Positions 35,393 to 48,750 of a DNA stretch of 64,000 bases are shown piece after piece (positions within the stretch are counted from its first letter, which is position 1; every line of letters starts with the position of its first letter). The notes under the pieces were generated by a model. The model was not told where the DNA came from. It searched no databases and was given only the letters and a program-made list of their open reading frames with translations. Source of the DNA: Daphnia carinata (taxonomy: Eukaryota); the NCBI RefSeq assembly GCF_022539665.2, contig NC_081333.1, forward strand, positions 248,001-312,000, given 5' to 3'. The translations under genes were made by a program, and so were the position numbers.

Positions 35393-38192
35393 TCAGCAAT
35401 GGCTCTCCTCGGCCGCCGATGGACTGGCAATGGATGGCGGACAAGAATCCTGGCTGTTGTCGAGACTGAACTCTTTTTCATCATTTCCTACTCAATTAAA
35501 TGGAAAATTTAATAAATCAAGCCCATCACGAAGAGAGAGCCACGTCTTTTTACCCTCGAACGAATCGCTAGAGCTGGACTCGTTTATGCTAGAAGTGGAA
35601 GCGGATCTGAACAGCTTTTCAAGCATGGAAGCCCTCACCTGCAAAAAAAAAAAACATCAACGTGAATCATCTCGTTGCACTTGTAAATGGAACACGAACG
35701 TACCTCGGCGTTGCTTAGATCGACAAGTTCCGCCCCGTTGCTGTGGACGGGCATCCAATTAGTGGAGAATCCGGTGTGCAGGTCAGCACTTCCGTCTCTT
35801 TCCTCATCGTCGCTGCTGTCCGCCTCCCTGGAGCTGTCATCGTCAGCGAGAAGATGACGCAACTGCAGCAGTGAATTATGGCCGGTTGTCGGCTCCTTGT
35901 CCAGCCCATTGGGATGCGGCAATTCGGGCGTGACAGCGTCGGCCGTCTCGCGAATGGCGCAGTAACGCTGCTGTTCCGCAATAAAATCCAGCACCGTTTG
36001 CAGAGCCACTTGCCGATCGGGTGGCGGAAAGAGCCCAGACGACTCGGCTGTGGCCGCCTCCGTTCCCGGCGGGCAATGGTCGTACTTTTCCGAATTGGCC
36101 AGACTCCGATTGGATTCAAATTTGACTAGTCTGTAATAGTCGCGGGTGAATTCAGTGTCCAGACTTTCTTCTTCCGCTTCTTCATCGGCATCTCTTTCAG
36201 TCGCTTCCTGCGTTGCCATTTCACACGTCGGGCTGTAAATTTCTGGAACAAAAAACTCCTCCTCCTCTTCTTCTTCCTCATCATCGCCATCTGACTCGTA
36301 ACTATTTTCACTGATGGCGGGCAAAGCCGTGGCTCCTGCCGTCTCTTCCGACTCGGAAGGAGACGGTTCGTGCTCTCTGTCGTCCAGAATCCAGTCCTCC
36401 ATTTCGTGCTGGCTGTAATTGGGCGGGACGCGCTCTTCGTTTTGCGGCTCGGCAGCGGAATGATTGGCTTCTTCTCCAGCCGACGCATCGCTAGATAGTT
36501 GAACTTGGGCCCGAGTCCTGCGCAACGGATGCTGAGAGTCGTGTTCCGACTGATGCGATTTGTTCCTCAAGTCCAACGTTTTCCAACTTTCTTCACCGGT
36601 AGCAGCGACGTCCTCCTCTTGATCGGCTTTGTACAACTCATCATCCGACTTCCATTTCGGTGCATCTGCATACAACGTGTGTAAATGTTTAGTAAAGAGT
36701 AAATGTTTTCTTTTCAACAAGTTCATTATTTACTGTGATCTTCTTGGTTCCTTGCAGGTGAAAAGATTCCGTCTCGGTCACTTTCGACATCTTCAGTATC
36801 GCTGGCCACCGAACTGGGCGACCAATCTTCACACAGCGTTCCCAGCTGGACGCCGGGCCATTCTGTCTTGCATTCAAATATTGGATATTTAAAACCAAAA
36901 TATTACACACACTTCCCTTTGATTTCAATTTAGGAAAATACCTCGCTTAAAAGATGAAGCTGCGTAGTCTGAAAATTGACCGCTAGATGGCGTTGACGAC
37001 GACTCTGGGCATTTCACACCAACGATGCCGTCATCATTGGTCTCGTCGGATGCCTCTTCTTTGAGCTCTTCCAGTCCGGCGCCGGAATGCGTCTCTTGTA
37101 GAGAAATGGAGCGATTGGGTTGCGGGCGCGACTCGGACAAGGAAGACGAGGCCGGCGACGAACTGAGCAGCGTCTTGCGTTTGGCCATTGGCAGTGAACG
37201 CGTCGTCGAATTTGGAGTCGATCCGCTGGCGCTGCGCCGCAATGTCGCCGGTGACGAGCAGCCGGACGCGATGAAAGACGACGAGCTCGACGACGACGAA
37301 TCCACCTGGACGTCACTGGACATGGTGGAATAGCCTTCATCCTTGCTGGCCGGACTGTCGCTGTTGCTGTCGGCCGCAGAGACGGCCGCATTGCGGATGG
37401 ATCGCACCAGTCCGGGAGCAATAGGAAGCGGAGGTCGAGGTGATTTGTCGGCCTTTTCCAGGCTGCTGCTGCAGCTGCTGGACGGAAGCGGATGAGCCAC
37501 TCGTTTCTCCAGGACTTGTACCAGAGCGCGCACAGACGGGGTGGACGGATCGTTGACGGCCGCGGTCATGACCGACGTTTCTTTATTGCTGACTGAGGCA
37601 CTAGGACAAAAGGAGAGAGTGCTGGGCCTGGCCGGCAACGACACTTCGGCCTGCTGCTGCTGGGCGGGCAGGACGAGACTGCGGCGGACGTCGCCGTTAT
37701 TCCTGGGCTGAGTGCGGATGCTTTTGTAGCTGTTCAATTGAGCGCTGAAAAGGCGATGCTTCAAAACGGCCAACAATTTCTCGGCCCTTTCCACCGGGTT
37801 CGTCTCGGCCGATTGCTGGACGGCCAAAGCCGCTTGCGACGTGGAAGACGAGGAGCTGCTCGACGACAAAGTCCAGTTGGAATCCTTGGAAACGAGCGGA
37901 CGGACGCCCGACGCCGTTTCAAAGATGGACGAACTGCTGTTGAGACGAATTTCGCTGTCGCTGACGGTGGAACAAAGCGAATCGCGTTGGTTACTATTGG
38001 ACGTAACCGGCGGGAGGTCGTACGAGTTCGACTTGACCATCCCATCCGCCGCCATCGCCGCTCCCATCGGTTTCTTATTGTTTTCCAACATGGAATCGCG
38101 AAGGCTCTGCGTCAGCAGCAAATTCAGGGCCACGTTGCGCTGTTCCAGGTCGGAGACTTGCGATCGAAGACGTCGACATTCTCCTTGTAAAT

Positions 38193-38242
<50 letters not shown>

Positions 38243-39370
38243 CAAAATTAAATATTAAAAAAAAAAATTGATTTTCATTTTCGTCCGCTAGATGGCATAG
38301 GTAGACATACGAACCTTTTGTGAGATGAGAGCCTGAACGACGTGATTAGCAATCTCGTCGAGGCACTTGTCGAACACGATCCTTTGCTGTTCGTGATTGG
38401 CGGCCATAGATGCCTTGTCGGTTTCCAGCTGCTGGATGACTTGACGGCCGTCGACTTCGGCCCCTTCGCACCGGGATAACCGCTCCTTGAGCTGGACGAC
38501 TTCCGCTTCGGCTGCGGCCAATCGCGCCTGCGCTTCGCTCAACCTCTCCTTTAAAAACAAAAAAAAGCATTTTCCCAGAAAAAATAAAATATTTATTTAA
38601 ATCTAAAAGAAAGAGGCGATTACAATCAAGAAACGAAAACAAAAGAACAACAACAACAAGTTCGTGTTTGCATGCAATTCAACGTTTGTCTCATTTTTCT
38701 TTTCTTTCTTTTTTTTTTTTAAAGGAGGTCCTCATTATAATTTGAAAGAAAAGAAAAAAAAAACGACAACAGAAAACGTCTTCAATTTGTTTGTAATGGC
38801 CGGACACAATGATGGGCTCGTTACTGTTGAGCACTGAAGGGCCGAAAAAAAAAAAACAAAAAAAAAAAACAACACGGTCATCATCACGCACAAATTGAGA
38901 CTCCGCCCTTTTCATCTTCCCACTTTTATTTTTTTCTTTCTTTTTCGATTGTTTTTTTTTTTTTGTTATTTAACGAGCAAACGTGACGGTTCGTTTCATA
39001 GCGGAAATGGTAATTACGGGCTAATGAAATGGTTGCGATTCGGTTCAACGATCAAACTGTTTAATTTCAAATTTGTTTTCTTTTACCTCGTACGATTGGA
39101 TGAGGGCCGTTTGTTGATGACGTAATGGCAACAGCGTATGCACCGTCTCCTCCAGTCTGCGCAAAGAAGAAAACGGTCAACACTCCGAAACGCACACGAT
39201 CGATTTGTTAAACAAAAAAAAAAAAAAAAGAAAAGATGGTTTACCGTTTGACTTCGTAGTGCAAGTTGAGCAGCTGCATTTGATTGTTGCTGGCGGTCGT
39301 AGTTGTCGAACCGGTCGGGTCCGCGTCAGCTGGCGTCTCTTCCTCCACCTGATAGTTTTTTTTTTTAAAC

Positions 39371-39401
<31 letters not shown>

Positions 39402-40067
39402 CGTCCTCGTTCAATCGATATGTGAAACTATAAACAAAAGAGATGACACACACACAAACTGGTAAGAGGGGGGGGGGGCCAAAAACTGCGCATATGACGA
39501 GCACAACGCGTCCACATTTCTTTTTGTTTACGACCTGCTGGCAAAAGACGGAACTTTCTTCCATTTCCTGCGATAAAGACGGGAGGATGGAGGAAGGAGG
39601 GCGTCGGCGGTAATAACGCCGTATAGAAGAGCCACTCAAGCCAACGAGTTCTCTCCCTCTTCAAACAAAGTTGCTGAACAAGAGGACGGGCGGCCTGGCC
39701 CATCAAGTGCGTTATACGACAGACATTGAAACGATAGGCAAAAAAGGGGGGGGGGGGAGGGAAAGGAAGAAGAATGTTCATTTTTTTTTTTTTTTTTTTC
39801 TTATGAAAAATGGGGATATGCGATCGTGCAGAATAAAAAAGAGAAAGAGTCTTGAAATATTTCGGCGGCGTCCCGCGTGATTGGATTGAAATCTGAAGGG
39901 ACACAAACGTTACGAGGAAGAGAGAATGTAGACGACTTACGAGGTTCGTTTCTTTTATCAACGCCACGAAATCGTGTTCGTGACTTCTCTTCCCCCCTTT
40001 TTCTAAACTACGGCGACATCTTGATTCGATTGTTCGAAAAGCCAACCCAAAAATAAATAAAACAATT

Positions 40068-40102
<35 letters not shown>

Positions 40103-40686
40103 GAATTTTTACAAACGCACAAAATCATCTACACGTTTGTCTTTGTGTTTCTTTTTCTATCCACAATGTGAAATGATAGGATCTCTAAGAATTGAAAGGA
40201 GGAAGAAAAAAAAAAATGCACGAAACAAAGTTCCATTCCGGCAGAAAAAAAAAAAAAAATGATCCATCAAAATGTTTATAATGATGAAAATTTTCAAGGG
40301 CGGGAAGATTTATTTCACATTCTCTGCGTGACAAAGAAAAAAAGGAATAAAGACGACGTGTCTATTTCACGTAAGAGGGTGGAGGAAATCGTGTGAAAAG
40401 TGGCGGGAACGTTTGAAAAATCGTGAAACCACGTCGAACGAGCTTTTACACGCCCCTCAACCCATTCCCACAAAAAAAAAAGAGATTTCCTTTTTTTTTT
40501 CTTTTGAGAGGGGAGAGAAGAAAAAAAAAACGATAGGTAATGGGCGTGATTGAATTAAAAAAAATCCTATTTTTTTATTTTTTTTTTAAACTGAACATTT
40601 TTCAAAGAAAAAATGTCGCATTCTTTCGCAGCTTAAGGCGTTTTGCATAAAAGAAAAAAAAGGTCATTGCCTTTTTATTGTCAAAC

Positions 40687-40720
<34 letters not shown>

Positions 40721-43700
40721 TGTTGTCGATGACCTTTTTCTCAACATCCTGGGAGGGAAACAAAAGCCGAGCGACAATTAAAAGAAAAATACGAGAAAAA
40801 CCAGAAAAAAAAAAATGTAAACGTTCACGACGATGTTGGAGAGGAGAAAAATGTGGGTCGATTCCCACATTTTCTCCGGCAGCCAATCGAGAAAAAAATA
40901 AATAAATAAATAAACCGCAATCGACATTGAATTTGATTTCGTGACCTAATTTTCTAATCAAAAATAATTTTTCCTATTCCAAGTAGAAAAAAAAAAAAAA
41001 AAAAACGAAAAAATTCTTTTAGCGACGGTCAAAGAATTTCTCGGCCCTGTCTCCTCTTTTTTTTTTTTTTTTTTATTTATTTATTTATCAAATACATAAA
41101 CACGACGGGTGTCTGTAAAGCGTTTGGGCTTAACAGAGAGAGGGGGGGGGGAATTTTCAAGTGTCATCTTCTTTCATTTCTTCTTCCTTCCCACGAAAAA
41201 CAACGAAGAGAAAAAAATTCTTTTAAAAAACTTCTTTTAAAAAAAAGGAAAATATGACGAGAAAAGGTCAACGGCGCGGGGTCAATGGCGGCCATTACCA
41301 GTCCACCCGGGGACCCCAGTCTCTATCTCTATATGTATATAAATAAATAAATAAATATAGAGAGAGAACGTAGAGAGAGACACGGACAAGGCAACGCCAT
41401 GCGCAGCCACAGTTGAAAGAGATAAAGAGCAAACGAGCCGAGAGTTCTCTTCCCATTTCCTTCAACTCCATTGTTCTCTTTTTTTTCTTTTATTTATCTT
41501 CGAAATGGAAAAATAAAGAAAAGAAAAAAAAAAAAAAGAATTTTCACGCGTCACTTCCTTTTCACGAAAAAATAATTTTTTTCTTCTTCTTATTTTTAAC
41601 CTTTTTAAAAGAAAAGAAGAGAAAAAATTCATTTCCGACTGGGGTCAATTATGGCCACTAGATGGCTCTGACACCCGAGCATTTTACAAAGGGACAACCT
41701 TTATATCGATCGGTACGGCCAGACGCAAGCAAATCGGATGAAAACAAAGGGACACGTTACAACTCTTAATAAATTCACTAAAATGTGATTAAAAAAAAAA
41801 AAACAAAAAGAAAAACGAGTATTTGAACAATTTATCGACGCTAACAATTTCTCTTAAAAAAAAAAAAAATAAAAAAACAAGGAAAAAAAAAAAAAAAAAA
41901 AAAATAGAGAGAGAAAGAGAAAAGCAATTTTTCATGGGAACGAAAGTAGCCAGTCAAGCAAACGAGGAAAAAAAGAAATGCTGTAACTGAACAAAAACAA
42001 ACTCGCAAACGACTAAGAGGACGAGTCTACTATACATTTTTATTCGGTTTATAGTAGACGACCGGGGGACCAATAACAAATCACGTCCTAATGTAATTCC
42101 AAACGCACGTGTGGCTGTGACGAGGATAAGAACGAGAAGGGGGAGAGAGAGCGTGTCTGTTGGATTTAGATATTTAAAAAATTAAAAAAAAAATAAAAAC
42201 TGGATAATAGTTTTCGGACTTAGAAAGCGACCAATGGCGAGGCTTACACACACACACACACACACAGAAAGAAAGAAAGAAACGCAATCATGTTTAGAAA
42301 TTATACCGATAAATGAAATTGAAATTGTTTACTAGCCCCGCCCACCCCCTAGCCCTAAAAATGTTGTGGGATAACAACAAAAAAAAAAATCTCTTACGAC
42401 ACAATAGACTTCCGTTTTTGCGCCATGTTGACTCGTATTTTTTTTTTCCAGATGAGGGGGGGGGGAGGGGAAGGATGAGCAGCATCCGCACACACACGGC
42501 GTGGGAACAGGCGCACACAAATCGGAACGGGGGTGAGGTACAAGGGGGAGCATCGATTTTATTTCGCTGTTTCCCCTTTGCGGTCGTTTTCGGTAGCTTT
42601 TTGGCACGCGTTTCGAATCCGCTTCTCTCTCCCAATAAAAACGAGGCTGCCGGGAATGCCCAATTTGTATTTTTTTTTTTATTTTTTTTTTTTTCACGAG
42701 CTGTGAGTGTTGGGTCGCATTTGATATTTATAGAAAATCGATCAACTTCTTCTTCTTCTCCTTCTTTCTCACTCGTTTTCTTTTTTTAATGGAAACATCC
42801 CAATTTGTTAAAAGGCCACCAAAGAGCCAACCGGATAAATATAGCGCCTAGGGGCAAATTCTTTTCCCCGATGTTTCCAATCCCCGTCCCCGTTCAGATG
42901 ATTGTGCCAAACTACCAAACGCAAACATTGTAGTAATCCAAAGTCGTAGCAAAACAAAATGCCGATGTGACACACGCAAAAAAAAAAAAAGTCGGGAATC
43001 ACGGCGGCCAAAGTCTAATAGCCGACGACCTCGTCAATACGTTGCTTCGTGAAAAAGAAGAAGGTCACGACAGAGCTGCCGGGTATATCTTTTCCCTATA
43101 GACAACAACAACAACAAGAGAAGCAAAAGAATTTTCGTTTCAAATAATAATAAAAAAAAAAAAAAAAAAATGTCTAAGGCATGACGTCATTTTCGGTTCG
43201 CCCTATATATTCGTGCGTCCACGGCTGCGGGACCGAGAGAACGCGCGCTATATTATTATTTACTACACGCTCGTTGTTTCTCTTCTCAGTTAAGGACGTT
43301 GCGTGTTTCGTGCAACTTGCGTGCGTGTTTTTCTTCTAAAGAAGAAGAAAGGGAAAATTAAAAAGACCACCAACGAGGAGGCGAGTCATTTTCTTCTCCC
43401 CCCCCCCCTTCTCTCAAACTAGCGTGAAATTCGATCATCCCGAAATGATATCGGACATTCAACTCTTTTCTTTTTCTTTAAAAAAAAAAATATTCATTTT
43501 CCCTTTCTTCCCTTTTCAAAAAAAAAAAAAAAAAAATGAAAACATTCAAACCAGAAAGGAAAATTCCGATCGCAGGATGAAAATGTGCTGCCGACATCCA
43601 GCAGGGGGTTAACGTCTCCCTCTACCCCCTCCCTTCCCTCCTCTGTGTACGTCTATTGATATTTATTTTTTATTTTTTTCAAAGGTTAGAAAAGAAATGC

Positions 43701-44323
43701 GCGTCTCTACTTTGATGATCGCATGTCCGACCATTTTTCTTTTTAAATAATAAAAAATAGCGACGACATTAGCCGACGACTGGAACAACTTTATTGACAT
43801 GACCCCCGTGAGGATTTCTTTTTTTTTTTAAAGGGGGTTGTGGTAGATGTGGGAAAAGCTTCTGGGAATGTACCCCATCTTCTTTTTTTTTACCTGCACA
43901 ATTTTCTTCAAATGAAATGACTTTGAAAAAGAAAAAATAATAAATCCGACTAAAAAGGAGCCGACTGGGCAAAGGCCAAAATGAGAAAAGAAAAAAAGAA
44001 AGAAAAATTGAGCAGGAGCACACACACACACACACACACAGACAATAAGCAGCCCCTCCCACATCATCTTATTTCGTCTACCTTTTTTTGGTCTTGTTTT
44101 TTTCTCTAAAATTGCAGCGCTCTGTGGTTTTACAAGAGCAAAAACGAAAAAAGAGGCACACCTTGAAAACGTTCGTTCGGTATTTATGGATGCGAACCCG
44201 AGTTCGTTCGTTCGTGAGAAAAAAAAAGTCTGTTCCCTCTCTCAGGGGGCCTTTCACGTGACCCCCTTCTATATGATGTCATTTCTAACTGATGATCATC
44301 AAATAGGAAATGCCCCTCTCTCC

Positions 44324-44354
<31 letters not shown>

Positions 44355-47300
44355 AATGAAATGTCATATTTTGTTTTCTTACCTGGGCAACGGCCGTTGG
44401 TTTGCTGGCCGACGACAAAGGACACGATTTGGCACTGTTGCCAGATAATTTCACCATGCCAACCGGTGGTGATGGTGTAGTCTTTTTAGGAGGATGGCTT
44501 CCGGCTATAGAAGAAGAAGAGGCAGCAGCAGCAGCAGCGCCAATGGCGGCCGAGGCGACATTCAAATGATTGGTGACACTCGAGCCAGACAGTTTGGCCC
44601 TCCAGCGAATCAGATTCGGACTGACCGGAACAGACGAACTGCCAGCGCCACTCTTGCACGCAGCGGCCGGAATCGACAACGTTTTGGCACTCGACTGAGA
44701 CTGAGGCGAAGGGCTCGTCTCTCGCGATTTATTAATGAAACCCGGACGAGGGATCAAATTCCGGCCGTTGGTGCCAACAACGTCCGGCGTGCTGCTCGGC
44801 TTCGCAGCCGCGCGCATTCCGGACGGGATCTTGGAATCGGGCAAGGGCGGAGTCGATTCCCTCGTCGAATTGAATTTAGGACTGGCCGATCGATCGCGAA
44901 ACGAAATGCTCCCGTCTTTCGATTTCGTTTGGCCTTTGGGCGGCATCTCTTCCGTCGCTTCCGGGCTGGTTGCCGAAACCGATTTCTTAGACGAAGAGGA
45001 CGACGAGGATGTCGGCGGCCGGAATATCTTTGTGCCCATCACTAATTTGTGCTTCTCATTAGCCAATGGCGATGGAGGCGACGTGGCCGGATCGGCGTTT
45101 TTAACAAACTCGATGCGGCCCTTTTCGACGATGATGTTGGGCGGAGGCGCGTTGTGCCGGCCGACAGAGTGTCGCATCTTCAACGGGATGGACGACGACT
45201 TGGCCAGTTGGGATGGCGAACTGGGCGCCGAGAGGGAGCCCGTCAAGAGTTGATGTTGGCCCGGCAAGGGACTGGTCGGGATGTTTCCGTGAAGGCGGTT
45301 CATCATGGCCGATCCGGCCGTCAAACTGTGGGCCGTCGCTTTGCCCGCGGTGGCGGAGCAAGTCGAGTCGGGACGCGTCAACACTTCCGGCACGTGTTGG
45401 GGTAGCGATCGTGCCATGCGTGAAATCCTTCCAGCGCTGGACGAAGTGGATCCCGTCGTCCCTGCCGATCGTTGATATCCAGCCGCAATGTCTTGATTTC
45501 CCCTTTTAAAAAAAAAATAGAAAATGAAATTTAAAATAAATGTGGGCCACACGGTGTGTGTGTGTGTGTGTGTGTGTGTGAGAAGCCAATGTACACAAAT
45601 GTTATTTATTTGACAGAGAACATCATGACCTCGACTTGTTCGGCGTGAGTCACGAGCTCATTAAAAACGGTTATTCGATCACAGGACTAAGGGAAAAAAA
45701 AGGTGGGAACAGTCAACAAACAAAAAGATGTTCCAGCCGTTCCAAAAACGAGCCTCAATCACCTGTTTTTTTTTTTTTTCTTCTTCATTTTGATTTATTT
45801 TTCTTGTTCAAACAAAACAAAAAAAAAAAACGAACAGCTGCCAAACGTTTTTGTGTGTGCCCTATAGCGGCCGAGTGTGTGGAGATCCCGACCCAAATTG
45901 GGGCTGAAGGGGGGAAACAGCAGCGGGAGCCCCGTTTTTGCCCCGAGATCGATAGATAAAGATAAGAAACGAGCAAACCGCTTATGTATCGATAGCAAGT
46001 CAAGCAGCAGCAGCTGAGACTCTCTTTTCCCCCCCTGGCTCATTACCCACTGCCTTATACGGTCACGACGTCCCGGTCTTTCACGTTCACCGTTTTTCTC
46101 TGTGCCTCTGCAACGTAATAGAAATAAAGAAGAAGAAGAAGAAGAAGAAACAAAACAAATAAATCGATCATAAATCTGCCGTTTCATTTTTTTTCCAAAC
46201 GCGTCCTCATTCAAAATGATGATTATATTCGAGAGGCAATTAAATTTGATGAAAAGCGTCTGGCCCGTTTCACGCAACAACAAATCATCACGTGCGTCTC
46301 GTTCGAAAAAAAAAAATGTTTGTGTGTAGATATCGATGACGTAAACATCCAAGAAGGAAAAAAAAAAAAAAAAACATTTTCCCGCACTTTCCTCGACGCG
46401 TGTGACAAAATAAATAATCGCATCATCAAAAAAGGGAAGGAAGAGAGTCTATCAAACAGGGAGCTTACACACTTCAGAAATAAAGAAAGAGGTTTAACAC
46501 ACACAGGTAACAAGCGATCGCTAATGACTTGTGTCGAGTCACGTGACCATATCGGGATCAATCAAAAATTTCATTCCAGTCACCCACTTATTACTTTAAA
46601 TGTCTATTTCCCTTGAATTGCAACTTGTTAACGTTAATCATTTTTTCTAAAAATGAACTAAAAATTTTGTCCATTCCAATGAAACTAGAAGTAATTAAAA
46701 ATTTTGGAATTCTCGAAACGATGTCCTACTTTGGGAATTTCTTTAGAAAAAAAATATGGAAGACAAGTCAGAGCAGTGAAAGATATGATGACTTTGCGGG
46801 TATGACTCATTGAGAGAACCAAAAAAAGAAGAAGAAAAAAAAAAAAGGACAACCTTGGCCCAGGTGTCCGAGACTTGTTGGCGTGTTCTATCTTATAAAA
46901 ACATATTTTTTTTTCTCTCTCTTTTCACGTTTTCTCTCTATGTTGATATGATGGGGCCACACCAGACACACACACACACACACTCAAACGCTTTCTAAAA
47001 AAGGAATAGACACTCACGCAAGCAAAAAGAGACACGTTGCCGCCAAATAGCCACCCCCAAGGTCGTATAGACAGGTGGGCTTCTATTTTTCCCGTTGAAT
47101 CAAAAAATCTTTTTTAAAAGAAAACTCTGTCCCTGGACTTGACGTCCCCAAAAGTAAAAACTAGAAAAAAAAAAAGTCTGCGTGTGTGTAATATAATCTC
47201 AAAGGCAAATAATCGTAATCATAAAAAAGAGAGCGACTTCCTTGTTGATTCAGAAAAAAGAAAATGGTGTGACTCACTCAACTCACGCGCGCTCACTCCA

Positions 47301-48750
47301 AAATTCTTTTTTTTTTTTTTTTAAAGGTAAGAAAAAGGGAGAGACCAGGTGCAGCAGTCAAAAAAAAAAAAAAGAAAAAGCCTCAGGTTCTATTTCTTTT
47401 TTTTTTTGCGACGAACGACGGTGTGACCTCCAGTGTTAACTCTTTGAGCTGCGCAGTGGCTCAAGAGAGAGAGGGGATGATTCATCGGGACCTTCTCTCA
47501 ATGGCCTTTCCCATCCCCAAACGTCTAAAAACACACACACACACACAAATGGTGTTAGGGAGCAATTGGTTAGATCCAATTAAGGTGCGATCCTCCAAAC
47601 ACACACCACAAGTGGTTCACAGGTTATTGATCCTCCCGACTTTGCAACACCGCACACCCATCCCCATAATTGGTCAAGACACACAGAAAATCTAGAACTC
47701 GCCCCAGCCAATAAACACAAAAACACATTAGCATAAATACAAATATTTATTTCAGGTGTGTCTCTCATTTTTGGGTGTTGGCCGATCAAACATTCCGATG
47801 GCCCTATCATCGATTACGTAAATCATTTCCGTCCCTTCTCTATTAAATCATCCTTTTTTTTTTCGCATTCGCTATCTGTGACGCAATCAAGACACCTGTT
47901 CTTTTGTTATCAAAACAAACGTGTGTGTGGTTCAAATTGTTTTTTTTTTTTCTTAAAAGCCGTGATTTGTTTTTGCGGTTCTGCGGTTTCAAATGTAAAC
48001 AAAGTTTTGCGCGTTACACGGACAAAGCGCGTGTTCAATACAGCCCAGGTAATTACTAGCTCTTCCCTCCTGGGAATTATTTAAATTTACCGATTTCCTC
48101 CGTGTGCGGGTAAAAAGAGAATGAAGCGGTCAGAAACCTCCCAAGTGGATCTGATTAGGTGGTCAAACCATTTTTGGATGGGGGGGGGGATAGACCTAAT
48201 AATGAATCCCGCATCTAAAGAGATTGTGTGTACCGGAGAGAGAACGGGGAAACATGTTGTACACGACAAACTGAATTATGAATGAATGACTCATACGCAC
48301 GGAGAGAAAAAGAGAGGGTATGAGTAAGAAAACGAATAACCTTTTGGCCAATTTAGGAAGTCAGCACACAAAAGGTGCAGCCTCATTTCAATATCCTCTT
48401 CGACTTTTTGTTACCAACAACAACTCGACAAATGAATTGTGGCGGTCGCAGTTTTTCTCTTCTCTACGCACGGCCCTCCATTTTCTTTCTCTTTTTTTTT
48501 AGTGAATGAAAAATTCACGCTACCGTATATGGTCTCCCGAGTCTACACACACACACACCGATAACAATCTTTTATTGTTCAAAAAGGGGGAGATACGACA
48601 CGTCATGAAAAAACACCCTCCCCTTGAAAAAAAAAAAAAAAAGGTTTTCCCTGTCGATTGTTTTTGTTACCTGGCGGATTGGTGGTGATTTTGGGTGCGG
48701 TGGGCGGCTTCGTTCTTGCTGGCCAACGTTTTAAACAGGTTGAGCACCAT
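35393..48750 (-). CDS. NCKAP5: NCK-associated protein 5-like coiled-coil protein, multi-exon
   Basis: Spliced FDKCLDEIANHVVQALISQK|NLQGECRRLRSQVSDLEQRN matches the NCKAP5-family coiled-coil motif. Exons from 48750 to 35393 join in frame. Confidence 0.75.
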
